The position numbers and the translations under genes were made by a program. DNA of 63,999 nucleotides, counting the filler, from Sanchytrium tribonematis (Eukaryota), in the NCBI GenBank assembly GCA_018985235.1. It is 6 parts of 6 records of this genome, joined end to end, with 100 filler letters (N's around TTAATTAATTAA, not from the genome) between each part and the next. Parts side by side here need not be neighbours in the genome. Positions count along the whole stretch, not along the records: positions 20,330 to 51,513 come from JADGIG010000049.1; positions 51,614 to 58,279 come from JADGIG010000508.1; 4 more parts are not named here. One strand, given 5' to 3'. Shown here piece after piece: positions 46,701 to 58,379 of the stretch. The notes under the pieces were generated by a model. The model was given only the letters and a program-made list of their open reading frames with translations, had not been told where the DNA came from and did no database searches. Each line of letters begins with the position of its first letter. Within the stretch, counting starts at the first letter, position 1.

Positions 46701-47991
46701 ATGTCGAAAACTGCCATTTCATTAGAAGAGCAATTTTCAGCACACAATTACCATCCATTACCGATTGTTTTCGCAAAAGCTAAGGGCGCTAAAGTTTGGG
46801 ATCCGGAGGGGAACGAATATCTGGATTTTCTCTCCAGTTATAGTGCTGTGAATCAGGGGCATTGTCATCCTAGAATTATAAAAGCATTGTGCGACCAAGC
46901 GCAAATCTTGACTCTATCTTCGAGAGCTTTCTATAACGACCAATTTGGAAAGTACGCAAAATTTATTACAGAGTTATTTGGCTATGACAAAGTATTACCT
47001 GTTAATACCGGCGCTGAAGCAGTTGAAACTGCATTAAAACTAGCGCGCAAATGGGGTTACGAAAAAAAAGGAGTGGAGCCAGGTAAAGCGATAATTATTG
47101 CTTGCGCCGAGAATTTTCATGGTAGAACTCTCGGAGTTATATCTTTTTCTACAGATCCTGATGCCTATGGGAATTTTGGACCATATTTGCCAAATATCAG
47201 CAGTAAATGCCCACATTCTGGAGATGTTGTAAAGCACGGTGATACCGCAGCTTTAGAAAAGACTTTCGAAAAACATCATAAGTCAATTGTGGCCTTTTTA
47301 GTCGAACCTATCCAAGGTGAGGCAGGAATTAAAGTTCCGCCACCTGGCTATTTGAAAAAAGTCAGGGAACTATGTACGAAATATAATATTTTATTTATTG
47401 CTGATGAAATTCAAACAGGAATCGCAAGAACCGGCAAATTGTTATGTGTTGAACATGACCATGTACGGCCAGACATGGTTCTTTTAGGGAAAGCTTTAAG
47501 TGGTGGAGTATATCCAGTCTCGGCGGTCTTAGCGGACAATGAGGTTATGGATTGTATTCGACCGGGGCAGTATTTATAACTTATCTAGACACGGATCAAC
47601 GTTTGGTGGGAATCCTCTTGGCTGTCGTGTAGCGGTTGAGGCGCTCCAAGTCGTTATTGATGAAAAATTATGCGAGCGAGCTGAAAACCTTGGAGAAATA
47701 TTCAGAAATAAACTGAAGGACCTCAATTCGCCATTAATAAGGGCTGTTCGAGGTAAAGGTTTACTAAACGCCATAGATATTGATGCTTCTAAGCTCAAAA
47801 ACGGGAAAAAGGCGTGGCATATATGCTTACTAATGAAAAAGTATGGTGTTTTAGCAAAACCAACACATGAGACCATTATTAGACTGGCACCTCCTCTTGT
47901 TATTAGTGAAGAAGAACTAGCTCAAGGTGTCGATAGCATCCGAAGAGCTCTGAAAGACATCGAAACAATCTCTATTTCCGACTTGGAATAA
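46701..47991 (+). CDS. CAR2: Ornithine aminotransferase; join(46701..47569,47589..47991), 423 aa
   Basis: [35 protein letters not shown]; splicing restores [13 protein letters not shown]. Confidence 0.95.
47570..47588 (+). other. 19-nt intron GTATTTATAACTTATCTAG
   Basis: Excision gives GGG CA|A CAC GGA TCA. Confidence 0.94.
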
Positions 47992-48014
47992 ACGGAAATA
48001 AATTCGGGGCTTTA

Positions 48015-48434
48015 TTAATGTTTTCTATTCCTCCAAATTCTTCGGTATTCATAATAATTATTTCTAAACTCGGTAGGCACGCAATCATCGAAAACCATTT
48101 CGAAATTTTTCCCTATTTTCATAAATTGCAACGAGAAAGGCCTTAAAGACTTATTTACAGTATAAATGAAAAAGAAAGCTTGTCTCAATTGCCAATAACT
48201 ATAAAACAGATAGGCGATAGCAGCAAGCAGTAAATATTTCCAAATTAAAATTGACAAAAATAAAATAAATAGAATAATTGAAATATTTTTAAACGCCAAG
48301 CTATACAATGTTCTCCTGTTCATCAGAATGCGTTGCTCAAAAACAAGAAGGTCCTTATTTGAATGAGCTTTCGGCTCAAACACTTGCTTTTTAAAAGGAT
48401 TTGAAGCGTACTGAGGAGACAACAAGTTTTCCAT
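48015..48434 (-). CDS. Spo7/CNEP1R1-like membrane protein
   Basis: KDLLVFEQRI motif, two TM segments, NKSLRPF. Confidence 0.5.
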   Translation of the reverse strand: MENLLSPQYASNPFKKQVFEPKAHSNKDLLVFEQRILMNRRTLYSLAFKNISIILFILFLSILIWKYLLLAAIAYLFYSYWQLRQAFFFIYTVNKSLRPFSLQFMKIGKNFEMVFDDCVPTEFRNNYYEYRRIWRNRKH

Positions 48435-48473
48435 TTTCGAGGTATCAGAAATCTCCGTTAAAACGGATTTGGA

Positions 48474-50181
48474 ATGTGGACACGTTTCTTACTGCAAAGA
48501 AAACCTATTCGAGCCCATCTTTCTCAAAAATTTGATGTCCCCAATGCCCGAAGATTTAATTTTAAAAATTTGTTTGGCGGCCAACGAAATTATGGAACAA
48601 AACAATACCCAATTCATGTTATTCAACAAGAACAACATTCTTGGAAATCAGTTTTCCTTAGTTTGACCAAATTTGGTCTCAGTGCATTTGTTCTTATAAG
48701 TTTGGCTGGTATCATATTAGATCAATATGGAATGAGTAAGCAATTTGAATTTACGGTGCACGAGGCAGATGTGCCTAAAGAAAAGTTTGATTCAGTTGAG
48801 GGCTGTGATGAAGCAAAAGAGGCTCTGATGGAAATCGTGGAATTTTTGAAGTTCCCAGATAAATTTTTGTCACTCGGTGCTAAACTTCCTAGAGGTATAT
48901 TATTACAAGGCAGTCCTGGAACAGGAAAGACACTTTTGGCTAAAGCCCTGGCTGGTGAAAGCAATGTACCCTTTTATTTCATGTCTGGAAGCGAATTTGA
49001 TGAGATTTACGTTGGTGTCGGCGCTAAAAGAGTTAGGGAACTATTCTCTACTGCAAAAAAGAATGGACCAGCCATTGTTTTCATAGACGAATTGGATGCT
49101 GTTGGTGGAAAGAGGAACCCGAGAGACCAATCATATATGAGACAAACAGTGAATCAATTGCTTGTTGAACTAGATGGATTTAAGCCCTCAGATAATGTCG
49201 TAGTTATCGCTGCGACCAATAGCCCCGAAATGTTGGATAAAGCACTTCTTAGACCTGGTAGATTTGACAAAATTGTTGATGTTCCTTTGCCGGATGTTCG
49301 AGGGCGTGAAAGTATATTGAAAGTACATTCTAAAGGCATAAAAACAGACTTCGGAATCGACTATAAATTATTGGCAAAAACGACACCTGGATTTTCTGGT
49401 GCCGATCTGATGAATATGACGAACCAAGCTGCTATCATTGCTGCAAGAAACGGATCTCAAACCATTTCTATAAAAGATTTTGAACAGGCTAAAGATGAAA
49501 TAATAATGGGATCCGAACGTAAATCTGCTTTTATTTCACCTGAGAATAAGAAACTCACTGCTTACCATGAAGCAGGTCACGCTATAGCCGCATATTTTAC
49601 ATCTGGGGCTCTCCCCTTACACAAAGCTAGTATCATTCCTCGAGGCAGGAGCCTTGGAGTGACTGTTCAAGTCCCTGATGATGATAAGTTGAACTATACT
49701 AAAAAAGAATATTTCGCAATGCTAGATGTTTGTTTTGGTGGTCGTATAGCGGAGGAGATTGTCGCTGGACCTGAAAATGTAACAAGTGGTGCATATAGCG
49801 ACTTTCAAAAAGCAACCAAAATTGCTAGACAAATGGTGCTAGAAATGGGAATGTCGAAGGTTATTAGTATTTATTTAGGCCGGGATCAATCATTATTCGG
49901 AAGAAGACCTTTTGAAAATTTCATCTGCAACTAGAAACAGGCTTGAATCAGAAGTCAATGACATTTTAAATAATTCCTATAATAGAGTACAGACTATGCT
50001 CACATCAAAGAAAAAGGAGTTGGACAGCCTAGCTAACGCTTTAATCGATCGAGAAACTTTAACTAAGGATGAAATGATTTTAATTCTTCAGGGCAAGCAG
50101 CTACCTCCTCTAGAAACAAGATCTAAATCCAATATTATCCCAAGTCTTATTGGAAAGACTCCTACACTAATTACACAATAA
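48474..50181 (+). CDS. YME1: Mitochondrial i-AAA protease Yme1; join(48474..49859,49879..50181), 562 aa
   Basis: GSPGTGKT, FIDELDAVG, RPGRFD, HEAGH zinc motif. Confidence 0.93.
49860..49878 (+). other. 19-nt intron GTTATTAGTATTTATTTAG
   Basis: Excision gives GMSK|AGINHYSEEDLLKISSATR, in frame with the 49912 ORF. Confidence 0.88.
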
Positions 50182-50246
50182 ATATTTATTTTTTGCCTTT
50201 CAAAATAGCTCCGAAATTTCGGAGGTGAATTGAAACGGAATTATCA

Positions 50247-50450
50247 ATGGCTTCTTATCGCGAGCAAATAATCAAAGACCAAAAGTTCTGGCAAGCAACA
50301 GATCCAAAGGGCAACCCTTTGACTCCCATTTGGAAGCGTAGACCTGCTTCACGTTTGTTGGTAAGGTTTTATGGAGCTACCTTGGCTGGAAGTTTATTAT
50401 TTGGAGCATTTCTTGCTCAAAAGTGGGTAAGAGGTAAGCACTTGGAGTAA
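50247..50450 (+). CDS. Cytochrome c oxidase subunit VIIa/Cox7-like
   Basis: IIKDQKFWQ...PIWKR followed by a single TM; 67 aa. Confidence 0.6.
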   Translation: MASYREQIIKDQKFWQATDPKGNPLTPIWKRRPASRLLVRFYGATLAGSLLFGAFLAQKWVRGKHLE

Positions 50451-50466
50451 TAAATAATTCTACCAT

Positions 50467-51513
50467 TTATTGTAATTTTTCGATATTTAATTCAAATGCT
50501 GAAATCACAACTGGAATTTTGAAAAAATTTAGCACTTGTGGGTGCACTATACCAAAGATTCCAACTTTAGATACATTAGAACTGAACGCTTTTTCAACTA
50601 ATTGGTTTGGATTTGCTTTCGTTTCCTTTTTAGGTTTGTAATAAATAGCTGCAGATCGACCTGGAAAAAAACTTGGGTACTCTTCGTCTGTAATAGTGTA
50701 TTGATTTTCGTTTAAAGTTTTTGGGTCTACGTTTTCACGAAATTCGATGCCCAATTTGCTAAGCAACGAGTTGACGGTACCATGTATCAGCTATGTAAGA
50801 ATTATTTACCTCTAGCCCACTTTGTTTCCCAGCATACACTGCACTCAAATATCTAAGATTCTCTGACTTTTTGTCATTTTCAGATTGAAAAACAACGTCT
50901 CCAGCTTCGAAAACCCTCATTGGAATACGATGATGGAGATTTTCGGAAATAAATTTTAAGAGTCCTGGTAGCAGAGATGTTCGAAGCTGTTGAAATTCAA
51001 TTGTAGAAGGATTTTCCAGAATGACTGGAAGCTTGGACTGATTTCCATGCTCAGAAAATCGATTTTTGATTTCTGCTTTAAATTTTAGAATATTTTCTGG
51101 GTACTTGAATCTCATATATTCATTAGCGTCCGCGAAACTAACCAAAGTTAAACCCAATGATTCAACATACCCTAAATTTGCCATTTCAATTCTAAGTTTG
51201 TCAGTTAATTCATGCAGATATTGTGGTTTTGCGACTGTCATTGAAAAGTCATCTCGTCTTGGGAGTTTATTAAAACTGAAACCGATTCCAACATCTTCAA
51301 TTAAATCGACTTTGTGCAAAATATCAGTCCGTTGTGGAGGTACAAAAATAACAATATTTTTGCCTTCAACTTGGCTTACAACATCCATTTTTTTCAGTAT
51401 GTCAGGAATTTGTTCAGGTTTCAAATTCAAAGACAAAAACGAGTTAATTTCATCTGTGGTAAGTAACATCTTTCGACCATTTAAATCAGGTGTTACTGAT
51501 TTATGAGATTCAT
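50467..51513 (-). CDS. FRS1: Phenylalanyl-tRNA synthetase beta subunit, 5'-truncated; join(50810..>51513,50467..50790)
   Basis: VPPQRTDILH..DLIEDV, NPSTIEFQ..RTSLLPGLLK, FFPGRSA, GIVHPQVL. Confidence 0.9.
50791..50809 (-). other. 19-nt intron GTAAATAATTCTTACATAG
   Basis: Excision gives SGLE|LIHG, matching the family motif GxExIHG. Confidence 0.92.
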
Positions 51514-51613
51514 NNNNNNNNNNNNNNNNNNNNNNNNNNNNNNNNNNNNNNNNNNNNTTAATTAATTAANNNNNNNNNNNNNNNNNNNNNNNNNNNNNNN
51601 NNNNNNNNNNNNN
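51514..51613. other. Artificial contig spacer
   Basis: N-run with TTAATTAATTAA core. Confidence 0.97.
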
Positions 51614-52032
51614 CCAAAAATATAGAACATGTACGATACAAATAAATGGTGTTTAAGAATTTCTAGAGGGCCAAAATATTCGTTTATAGAGTCACCATAC
51701 AAATAAAAGTTAAGAGCCAACAAAAAATACCAGTTCAAGATTCTAAACCAGGGAAGTTTCTTTTCTTTCGAGGGCACATGCGCAATACTAATGACTTCTT
51801 TGAAAACTACCAGTTGTAATACACTGACCAATGCTATAATGTACAACGGGCCGCTAAGAACAATCACAATAAATGCTCCACTCATGATCAAACTAAGATA
51901 AGTACGAACCCACCAATTTGCCCAGTTTTTTTCTTTCGGGACTACAAATTTTTCCTCTTCAGCTTCACTTTCAGTTGTTTCTCCAATTTCCTCGAATTGA
52001 GACCGAATTTGACGTTTTCTGAGTTGGTCCAT
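51614..52032 (-). CDS. CDS1: Phosphatidate cytidylyltransferase, 3'-truncated
   Basis: WANWWVRT, FKEVISI, LPWFRILNWYFL, HHLFVSY. Confidence 0.88.
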
Positions 52033-52064
52033 CTTCTAAAAATCAGCAAATATGAAGGAGAAAT

Positions 52065-53231
52065 TTATTGTGCGTCAAATTTAAAATCGTGGAGTAATTG
52101 ATAATCTTTCAGATACGGTCCAACACATTGCACAGATACATCTTTTGTAGGTATAGCTAATGTTGGTAGTCCCGATAGAGATGTCGGGACTGTAAAATTA
52201 TCGGTAGTGTAATTCTTGGAAGAGAAATTCAAAGCTTCATTGATTGCAGGGGCCTTCATCAAAGTTGTAGGCAACAATATGTAGTCAAATGTATTAAATA
52301 AGCTGTAAAAAGAATCTCTTATAAGTCTACGAACCTTTGTAGCTTGTTGGAACCAGTTGTCAAATTCGTCTCTACTTAATACAAACTCACCTAATTTTAG
52401 CCTCTGCTGAACCTCATGTCCAAAATGGGACCTGGTAAATTTTCTAATCTGATCATATTTAGAAGAATCATATAATTGTCTCGTTTTGGGGTATAATTCT
52501 CCCGAATATTTGTTGAGAGAACTAAATGCTTCTGCAGTGGCAATGATATAATAACAGGCCAAAGACACTTCAAAATAAGGAATTTCTATCGGAAGAGTCT
52601 CGACTTTAACTTTGTGCCTATTTTTGAGTTTCCCGACTATGTCTGCAACACCGTGAAGGAACTCTTTATTACTAATTTTCATCACCCCTAACTTTAAAAT
52701 AGGGAGTTGAGTTGCACCGCGGTCTCTTAACATATTCGGAATACTTGTAGGGTCTTTATTATCAAAACCTTCTAATAATCGAAACGTTTTGGTTAAGGTG
52801 TCGATTTCTTTTGTGATAATTCCAACAGTGTCTAGCGATTGCGCATACGGAATCACTCCATATCTAGAAATCATTCCATAGCTAGGTTTGAACCCTAATA
52901 AGTTTGTAAATGCTGCAGGTAATCGAATTGAGCCACCTGTGTCAGTACCGATTCCTACTTCACAATGTCCTAATAAAACAGATGCAGCACACCCACTACT
53001 TGAACCTCCTACGGACTTTCCATTGACAGATACAAGTCCGTAAGCAGAGTTTAAACCGAAGGAGCCCATTCCGAATTCATCCATATTCACATGAAGAAAT
53101 TCTCCATCGAGCTTTTCGACAACTGTGCTATTGAAAGAGGATTTGTAATTTTCCAGAAGATTGGAAGCTGCTTGCGTCTTTTTGCCTTTCGCTACGATAT
53201 TGTCTTTAAGGGCATATTTGAATTTTTTCAT
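52065..53231 (-). CDS. Glu-tRNA(Gln) amidotransferase subunit A (Her2/QRSL1), short N-terminus
   Basis: KDNI, NMDEFGMGS, GGSSSG, GTDTGGSIRLPA amidase signature; first in-frame ATG at 53231. Confidence 0.88.
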   Translation of the reverse strand: MKKFKYALKDNIVAKGKKTQAASNLLENYKSSFNSTVVEKLDGEFLHVNMDEFGMGSFGLNSAYGLVSVNGKSVGGSSSGCAASVLLGHCEVGIGTDTGGSIRLPAAFTNLLGFKPSYGMISRYGVIPYAQSLDTVGIITKEIDTLTKTFRLLEGFDNKDPTSIPNMLRDRGATQLPILKLGVMKISNKEFLHGVADIVGKLKNRHKVKVETLPIEIPYFEVSLACYYIIATAEAFSSLNKYSGELYPKTRQLYDSSKYDQIRKFTRSHFGHEVQQRLKLGEFVLSRDEFDNWFQQATKVRRLIRDSFYSLFNTFDYILLPTTLMKAPAINEALNFSSKNYTTDNFTVPTSLSGLPTLAIPTKDVSVQCVGPYLKDYQLLHDFKFDAQ

Positions 53232-53245
53232 ATCTGCTGGCCGAA

Positions 53246-53623
53246 ATGAGAACTTGTAAAACTCCTTTCGAATTAGAAGCAAAATTTTTGAATGATTTAA
53301 CTGAATGCACAACTAAAACCAAAACTTGTCAACTTCTTATGGATGCGCTATATCAATTGGCTAGAATTTCAAGCGATGACACTGTGAAAGAATTTCTTTT
53401 GATATATTTAGAAAATCTAAAGCCTATGCTATTTATGGAAATTTTTACAATAGAAGATTCAGTGGAGACTGCTCTCTCATTTGCGGAACATGTTGAAAGA
53501 GATAGGAAGACCATTGATGAAAAAATGCGGTCAGCTAATCTGGAGCAAATCATCCAGTCTCAATACGATACAATCGTTTCTCTAGAAAAAAAGGTGCTAC
53601 ACTACGAGGAAAAGAATAAATAA
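53246..53623 (+). CDS. Hypothetical coiled-coil protein
   Basis: 125-aa ORF ending in a fused AATAAA; no family recognised. Confidence 0.5.
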   Translation: MRTCKTPFELEAKFLNDLTECTTKTKTCQLLMDALYQLARISSDDTVKEFLLIYLENLKPMLFMEIFTIEDSVETALSFAEHVERDRKTIDEKMRSANLEQIIQSQYDTIVSLEKKVLHYEEKNK

Positions 53624-53671
53624 GAATTGTTTGCAATAATTTGGAGTGTGACTCCTTGTGACGTTAGGTAA

Positions 53672-54848
53672 ATGATGAAATCAGACAAAAATGTTGAAAT
53701 TTACGAATCATTTGATCAGATGCATTTAAAGCCGGAACTATTAAGAGGAATATATGCGTTTAATTTTGAAAAACCATCTGCCATCCAAAAGAGAGCCATC
53801 ATGCCTATCACTGAAGGTAAAGACACTATTGTTCAGAGTCAATCAGGGACTGGCAAGACGGCAACTTTTAGTATCGGAATTTTACAAAGTATAGACACAC
53901 AATTGAGAGAGACCCAAGCTTTGATATTATCACCCACTAGAGAATTAGCCTCTCAAATTCAAAATGTGATTTTGGCAGTTGGTGATTATATGAATGTTCA
54001 ATGTCACTGCTGCATAGGTGGCACCAATTTAGGAGAGGATATAAGAACTTTGGATTACGGTGTTCATTGTGTTTCTGGCACACCTGGTAGAGTTTACGAT
54101 ATGATAAAACGAAAATCTTTGAGAACTAGACATATCAAATTACTAGTTTTGGACGAAGCAGACGAATTGTTAAATCAAGGCTTCAAAGACCAAATTTATG
54201 ACATTTACCGTTACTTGCCGCCAAATACTCAAATAATTGTGGTTTCTGCAACGTTACCTAATGAGGTCCTAGATTTAACCAAAAAATTCATGACTGATCC
54301 TGTAAAAATATTAGTAAAGCGAGATGAGCTGACTCTTGAAGGCATCAAACAGTTTTTTGTATCAGTGGAACAGGAATCTTGGAAGTTTGATACTCTATGT
54401 GATCTTTATGATACTTTAACAATTACTCAAGCTGTCATATTTTGCAACACTAGGAAGAAGGTGGATTGGCTTGCAGACAAAATGAGGGAGAATCACTTTA
54501 CTGTGGCAGCAATGCATGGCGAGATGGCGCAAAAAGAAAGAGATCATATTATGCATGAATTCAGACAAGGTTTAGCCAGAGTGTTAATTAGTACTGACAT
54601 TTGGGCTAGAGGTTTAGATGTTGGCCAAGTTTCTTTGGTTATAAATTATGACTTGCCATTGAATCGAGAGTCGTATATTCACAGGTAAACTTTTTTCATC
54701 TAGAATTGGACGATCAGGACGATACGGTAGAAAAGGTGTTGCCATAAATTTTGTCAAGACAGACGATGTCAAAATACTGAGAGATATCGAACAATATTAT
54801 AGCACTCAGATAGATGAAATGCCGATGAATGTTGTTGATTTGATTTAA
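53672..54848 (+). CDS. FAL1: eIF4A-III/Fal1 DEAD-box helicase; join(53672..54684,54704..54848), 385 aa
   Basis: [44 protein letters not shown]; splicing restores [13 protein letters not shown]. Confidence 0.93.
54685..54703 (+). other. 19-nt intron GTAAACTTTTTTCATCTAG
   Basis: Excision gives CAC AG|A ATT GGA CGA = motif VI HRIGR. Confidence 0.95.
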
Positions 54849-55021
54849 AATTGTATATAATACTCCCTAGCTTTTTATTAATAAATTAATTCAAGTCGAT
54901 ACTTTTTTGCGAAAATAAACGCGTCACCTGATGGCGTTGGACTTCATTGGCCACAAGAGCCATTCATTTACGTGTCTCAATCAAAATTTCGAAGAATCGC
55001 ATATTTGAGATGGTGAATCGC

Positions 55022-55028
55022 TATAAAA
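55022..55028 (+). promoter_or_regulatory. Putative TATA box TATAAAA
   Basis: About 30 nt upstream of ATG 55058; same element at 57013-57019 before the subtilisin ATG. Confidence 0.45.
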
Positions 55029-55057
55029 GCTAATAGTTTCTCTAATTTTAACAACAA

Positions 55058-55357
55058 ATGGCACCAAAGGGAAACAAACAACACCAAAAACCACAGAAAC
55101 AACAGGTTGAGAAAGCTGCTCCAGTTGAAGTAAAAGATGACGCTGAAGCACAACCAAAGCAACAGAACAAAAACAACCAACAGAACAAACAAAAGGGTGG
55201 CAAACAAGGTTCTCAGAAACAGGCTCAACCACAAAAACAAGAGAAACCGCAGGTAGAGGAAGAGAAGGAACAATCTCCTAAACAAGCTAACAAACAAGGT
55301 GGCAAACAACAGAAGGGAGGAAACAAGCAACAGAAAGCTAAACCTCAAAAAGCTTAA
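55058..55357 (+). CDS. Small Q/K-rich low-complexity protein
   Basis: 99 aa with KQQ/GGKQ repeats, strong CAA/AAA codon use, TATA upstream, AATAAA downstream. Confidence 0.65.
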   Translation: MAPKGNKQHQKPQKQQVEKAAPVEVKDDAEAQPKQQNKNNQQNKQKGGKQGSQKQAQPQKQEKPQVEEEKEQSPKQANKQGGKQQKGGNKQQKAKPQKA

Positions 55358-55381
55358 GTTGTTTACTAAATAAATACCACT

Positions 55382-55510
55382 TTATTTTTTATCTTTGTTA
55401 GGCTTGGCTAAACTCTCCAGTCTTTTGAGGATAAAAGTATGATCCCCACAATCCTTGACAACATCTCGAGTGAATTCTTTAGCTGCTCTTTCATTCAGAT
55501 TGCCAGACAT
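55382..55510 (-). CDS. Candidate 42-aa microprotein MSGNLNERAAKEFTRDVVKDCGDHTFILKRLESLAKPNKDKK
   Basis: ACAATG start context, stop fused in AATAAA, fills an intergenic gap. Confidence 0.45.
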   Translation of the reverse strand: MSGNLNERAAKEFTRDVVKDCGDHTFILKRLESLAKPNKDKK

Positions 55511-55591
55511 TGTCAATGTTCGCAGTTTTTTTCGTTTGCAATAATTATCGTTTTAGAATTCTACTTTCCAAATTTGAGACAAAAGGGACTC

Positions 55592-56902
55592 ATGAGATTG
55601 ACGCCACCTACTTTGGTGGATAGAGACTCTACGGATTTACTTGATAGTGAACTTAGCACTATCAGATATCATGTTGTAAAGTATCCAAGTCAAAATTATT
55701 CGTTCCCAAAATCTAAAAACCAACAACCGTCTCGACAATCATACGACAGCACATGGCACTTACAAAAGAATAAAGTACAAGAAGATATGGTTCTGCGAAT
55801 AATCCAGAACATTGAGGCAAAATCAAACGATCTAACGGTAAAAGAGACTGAAAAGGAAAATCAACTTTCGCCGCGTAATAGTATTATTTCGCAATCGCCG
55901 AAGTCCACTCCTCCTAATGTTACTCAAACTCTAAATATCGCAAGACCTGTTTCCGCTATTGATGGTTCTACTGATATTCATGTTCCTCATCAAGCGCAAA
56001 TGCAATTGTCAAATGAACTTCCAAAACTTGAAAAGCAAACAAGCCCTATTGACGCAATGGATATATCTGAGAGCGATGTGAAAATGGATCCAAGGAATGT
56101 CGAAAACAATCAAGATAATATGGAATTAACCTCTAAAAAAGCACCCATAGAGCTCATCACTGACATCCCACCCCCGAAGATAGTCGATTGCGAATCGCAT
56201 ATTTTTGAAAAGCCTTATGATTACTATTTAAAATTAGTGGAATATCATAAGGATGTGTTTCTAGAAATCAAGAAAGATAAGTTGCTAAAAAACAAGTTAT
56301 TTAAAATCAAAATGTCAATAACAAAAATAATTGGACAGATAAAAGATGACGAATTTATGATGAAAAGAGCCTTAATGACTTTGAAACAACATATTAAAGA
56401 GGCTTGCGATTTAAATCAGCCTGTTTTTGTATTTGTTTTAATTGGAAAATTGTTCGTAAAGCAAGCACAAGCAGAATGTGGTACATTTGTAGGGAAGGCA
56501 TTGCCACTTTCCAAAGTACTCATTCAATTAATTGTATCCAATCCATTTCATGATTTCATTATCAGTAGACTCGTTAAAAAGTGCCCTGGATTGCTCACAG
56601 ATCAATGGCTGGATAAGAGTGACACGAATGGTGTTTTTGCACTATTTACAGGATTGTGTATCGAATCTAAACAAACAAGTCTAAGTTGGAAGTGGATTGC
56701 ATTCAACATTAATCAAAATGCATTATTTGATGTGCAGAGTCAGCGACTAAGTACCATCATAGAACTCGCTACCCCCATTATGAAATCTAAATATAAAAAT
56801 CAGTATTCCAAGCTGATTCGGTCTGTTCTAGATTGTTGCAAAAAAGTGAAATCATCGCCTCAAGTGGAACAGTTAATTCTCATGTGTAAAAAATCCATCT
56901 AA
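55592..56902 (+). CDS. GLE1: mRNA export factor Gle1-like
   Basis: KQAQAEC...ALPL, SRLVKKCP, SWKWIA C-terminal Gle1 pattern; start taken at MRLTPP. Confidence 0.7.
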   Translation: MRLTPPTLVDRDSTDLLDSELSTIRYHVVKYPSQNYSFPKSKNQQPSRQSYDSTWHLQKNKVQEDMVLRIIQNIEAKSNDLTVKETEKENQLSPRNSIISQSPKSTPPNVTQTLNIARPVSAIDGSTDIHVPHQAQMQLSNELPKLEKQTSPIDAMDISESDVKMDPRNVENNQDNMELTSKKAPIELITDIPPPKIVDCESHIFEKPYDYYLKLVEYHKDVFLEIKKDKLLKNKLFKIKMSITKIIGQIKDDEFMMKRALMTLKQHIKEACDLNQPVFVFVLIGKLFVKQAQAECGTFVGKALPLSKVLIQLIVSNPFHDFIISRLVKKCPGLLTDQWLDKSDTNGVFALFTGLCIESKQTSLSWKWIAFNINQNALFDVQSQRLSTIIELATPIMKSKYKNQYSKLIRSVLDCCKKVKSSPQVEQLILMCKKSI

Positions 56903-57041
56903 AATGAGAATGGCATATCAGCTGTCAACAGATTTCTTCTCCTATTTGTCTGCAATAAATGACGTCGAAAATGCGATTGGTTTAAATTTCACTCCTGGTA
57001 TCATGTGAAAGCTATAAAACTCAAACAACCCCAAATTTTAA

Positions 57042-58279
57042 ATGTTGCTAACTTTTGTAAGCGCGTTAGCTCCTTTACACACCACCAAGAATATGATTCC
57101 AAACCAATACCTGGTTGTTCTCAAAGATGAGTATCGTTCTGAGATGAGTCAATTTAATGTTCGCCACAAAAGCAGATTTGAATTTGATGATATTAAGGGA
57201 TATACCATGATTTTGAACAACGAGGAACTCCATGATGTTCGATCTCACCCTCATGTTGACTACATTGAACAGGATCAAGAAATGCATCTAAGTGTTTCTC
57301 AAGATGATGCGCCTTGGGGTCTTTCAAGAGTAAGTCATCCTACAATCGTAAAGCCGTACACTTATGACTACCCAGAAAACGCTGGTGCTAACGTCACTGC
57401 TTATGTGGTAGATACCGGTTGCAATGCAGACCACTCTGAATTTGAGGGAAGAGCAACAAGTGCCGTGGATTTTACTGAAGATCAAGACAATGTAGATGGA
57501 AATGGACATGGTACTCATGTAAGTGGCACTATAGCTGGTAAAACTTACGGTGTCGCAAAATTCGCAAAAGTTATATGTGTTAAAGTTCTTAGCGCTAAAG
57601 GAAGTGGCAGCAATTCTGGTGTTATTCAAGGAATCGAATGGGTTATTAAACATCATAAACAAAAAAAAGGAAGAAGTGTCGCAAATATGTCTTTAGGAGG
57701 TGGAAGATCTAAAACACTAGATAGAGTTGTCGATTCTGCTGTCAAAGCTGGTGTACACTTTGTGGTTGCTGCAGGAAATGATGATGCTGATGCTTGCAAT
57801 TATTCACCAGCTGCTTCAGAGCTTGCTATTACTGTAGGCGCAACTACGAATGTCGATAGATTAGCTTGGTTTAGTAATCACGGAAAATGCGTTGATATAC
57901 TTGCACCAGGGAAAGACATTTTGAGTAGTTGGATTGGATCTGAGACTGCAACTAATACGATTAGTGGTACATCCATGGCTAGCCCACACGTTTGTGGTGT
58001 CGCTGCAGTTTACATGGGAGAGCATGATTATACTTACAAAGAACTCAAGGATATCATGGACAAGTATTCCATTAAGGATGCTATTAAAGGCTTGCCAAAT
58101 CCAGACGAAGGAAATGACCCAGACTGGCCATTCCCATGGTAATTTACTTTTATGTAGGCCACCGCGTGGAAGTGGAGGAAAAACACCAAACAAACTTGCT
58201 TTTCATCCCTCAACACATGTTAAAAAGGAAGGTGCATTTAAAAATAGATTTTCGACTAGATCCACACATTTAGAAGATG
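57042..58279 (+). CDS. Subtilisin S8 protease (Prb1/cerevisin-like) with I9 propeptide; join(57042..58138,58158..>58279)
   Basis: Triad VVDTG, GHGTH, GTSMASPH; splicing gives the typical TPNKLAF tail. Confidence 0.92.
58139..58157 (+). other. 19-nt intron GTAATTTACTTTTATGTAG
   Basis: Excision gives CCA TG|G CCA CCG...TPNKLA. Confidence 0.85.
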
Positions 58280-58379
58280 NNNNNNNNNNNNNNNNNNNNN
58301 NNNNNNNNNNNNNNNNNNNNNNNTTAATTAATTAANNNNNNNNNNNNNNNNNNNNNNNNNNNNNNNNNNNNNNNNNNNN
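58280..58379. other. Artificial contig spacer
   Basis: N-run with TTAATTAATTAA core. Confidence 0.97.

Noticed and set aside
54977..55348. Hydrophobic antisense ORF and the many other short antisense/alternate-frame ORFs in the track
   Set aside because: Shadows of real genes on the opposite strand or frame (here the mirror of CAA/AAA codons)
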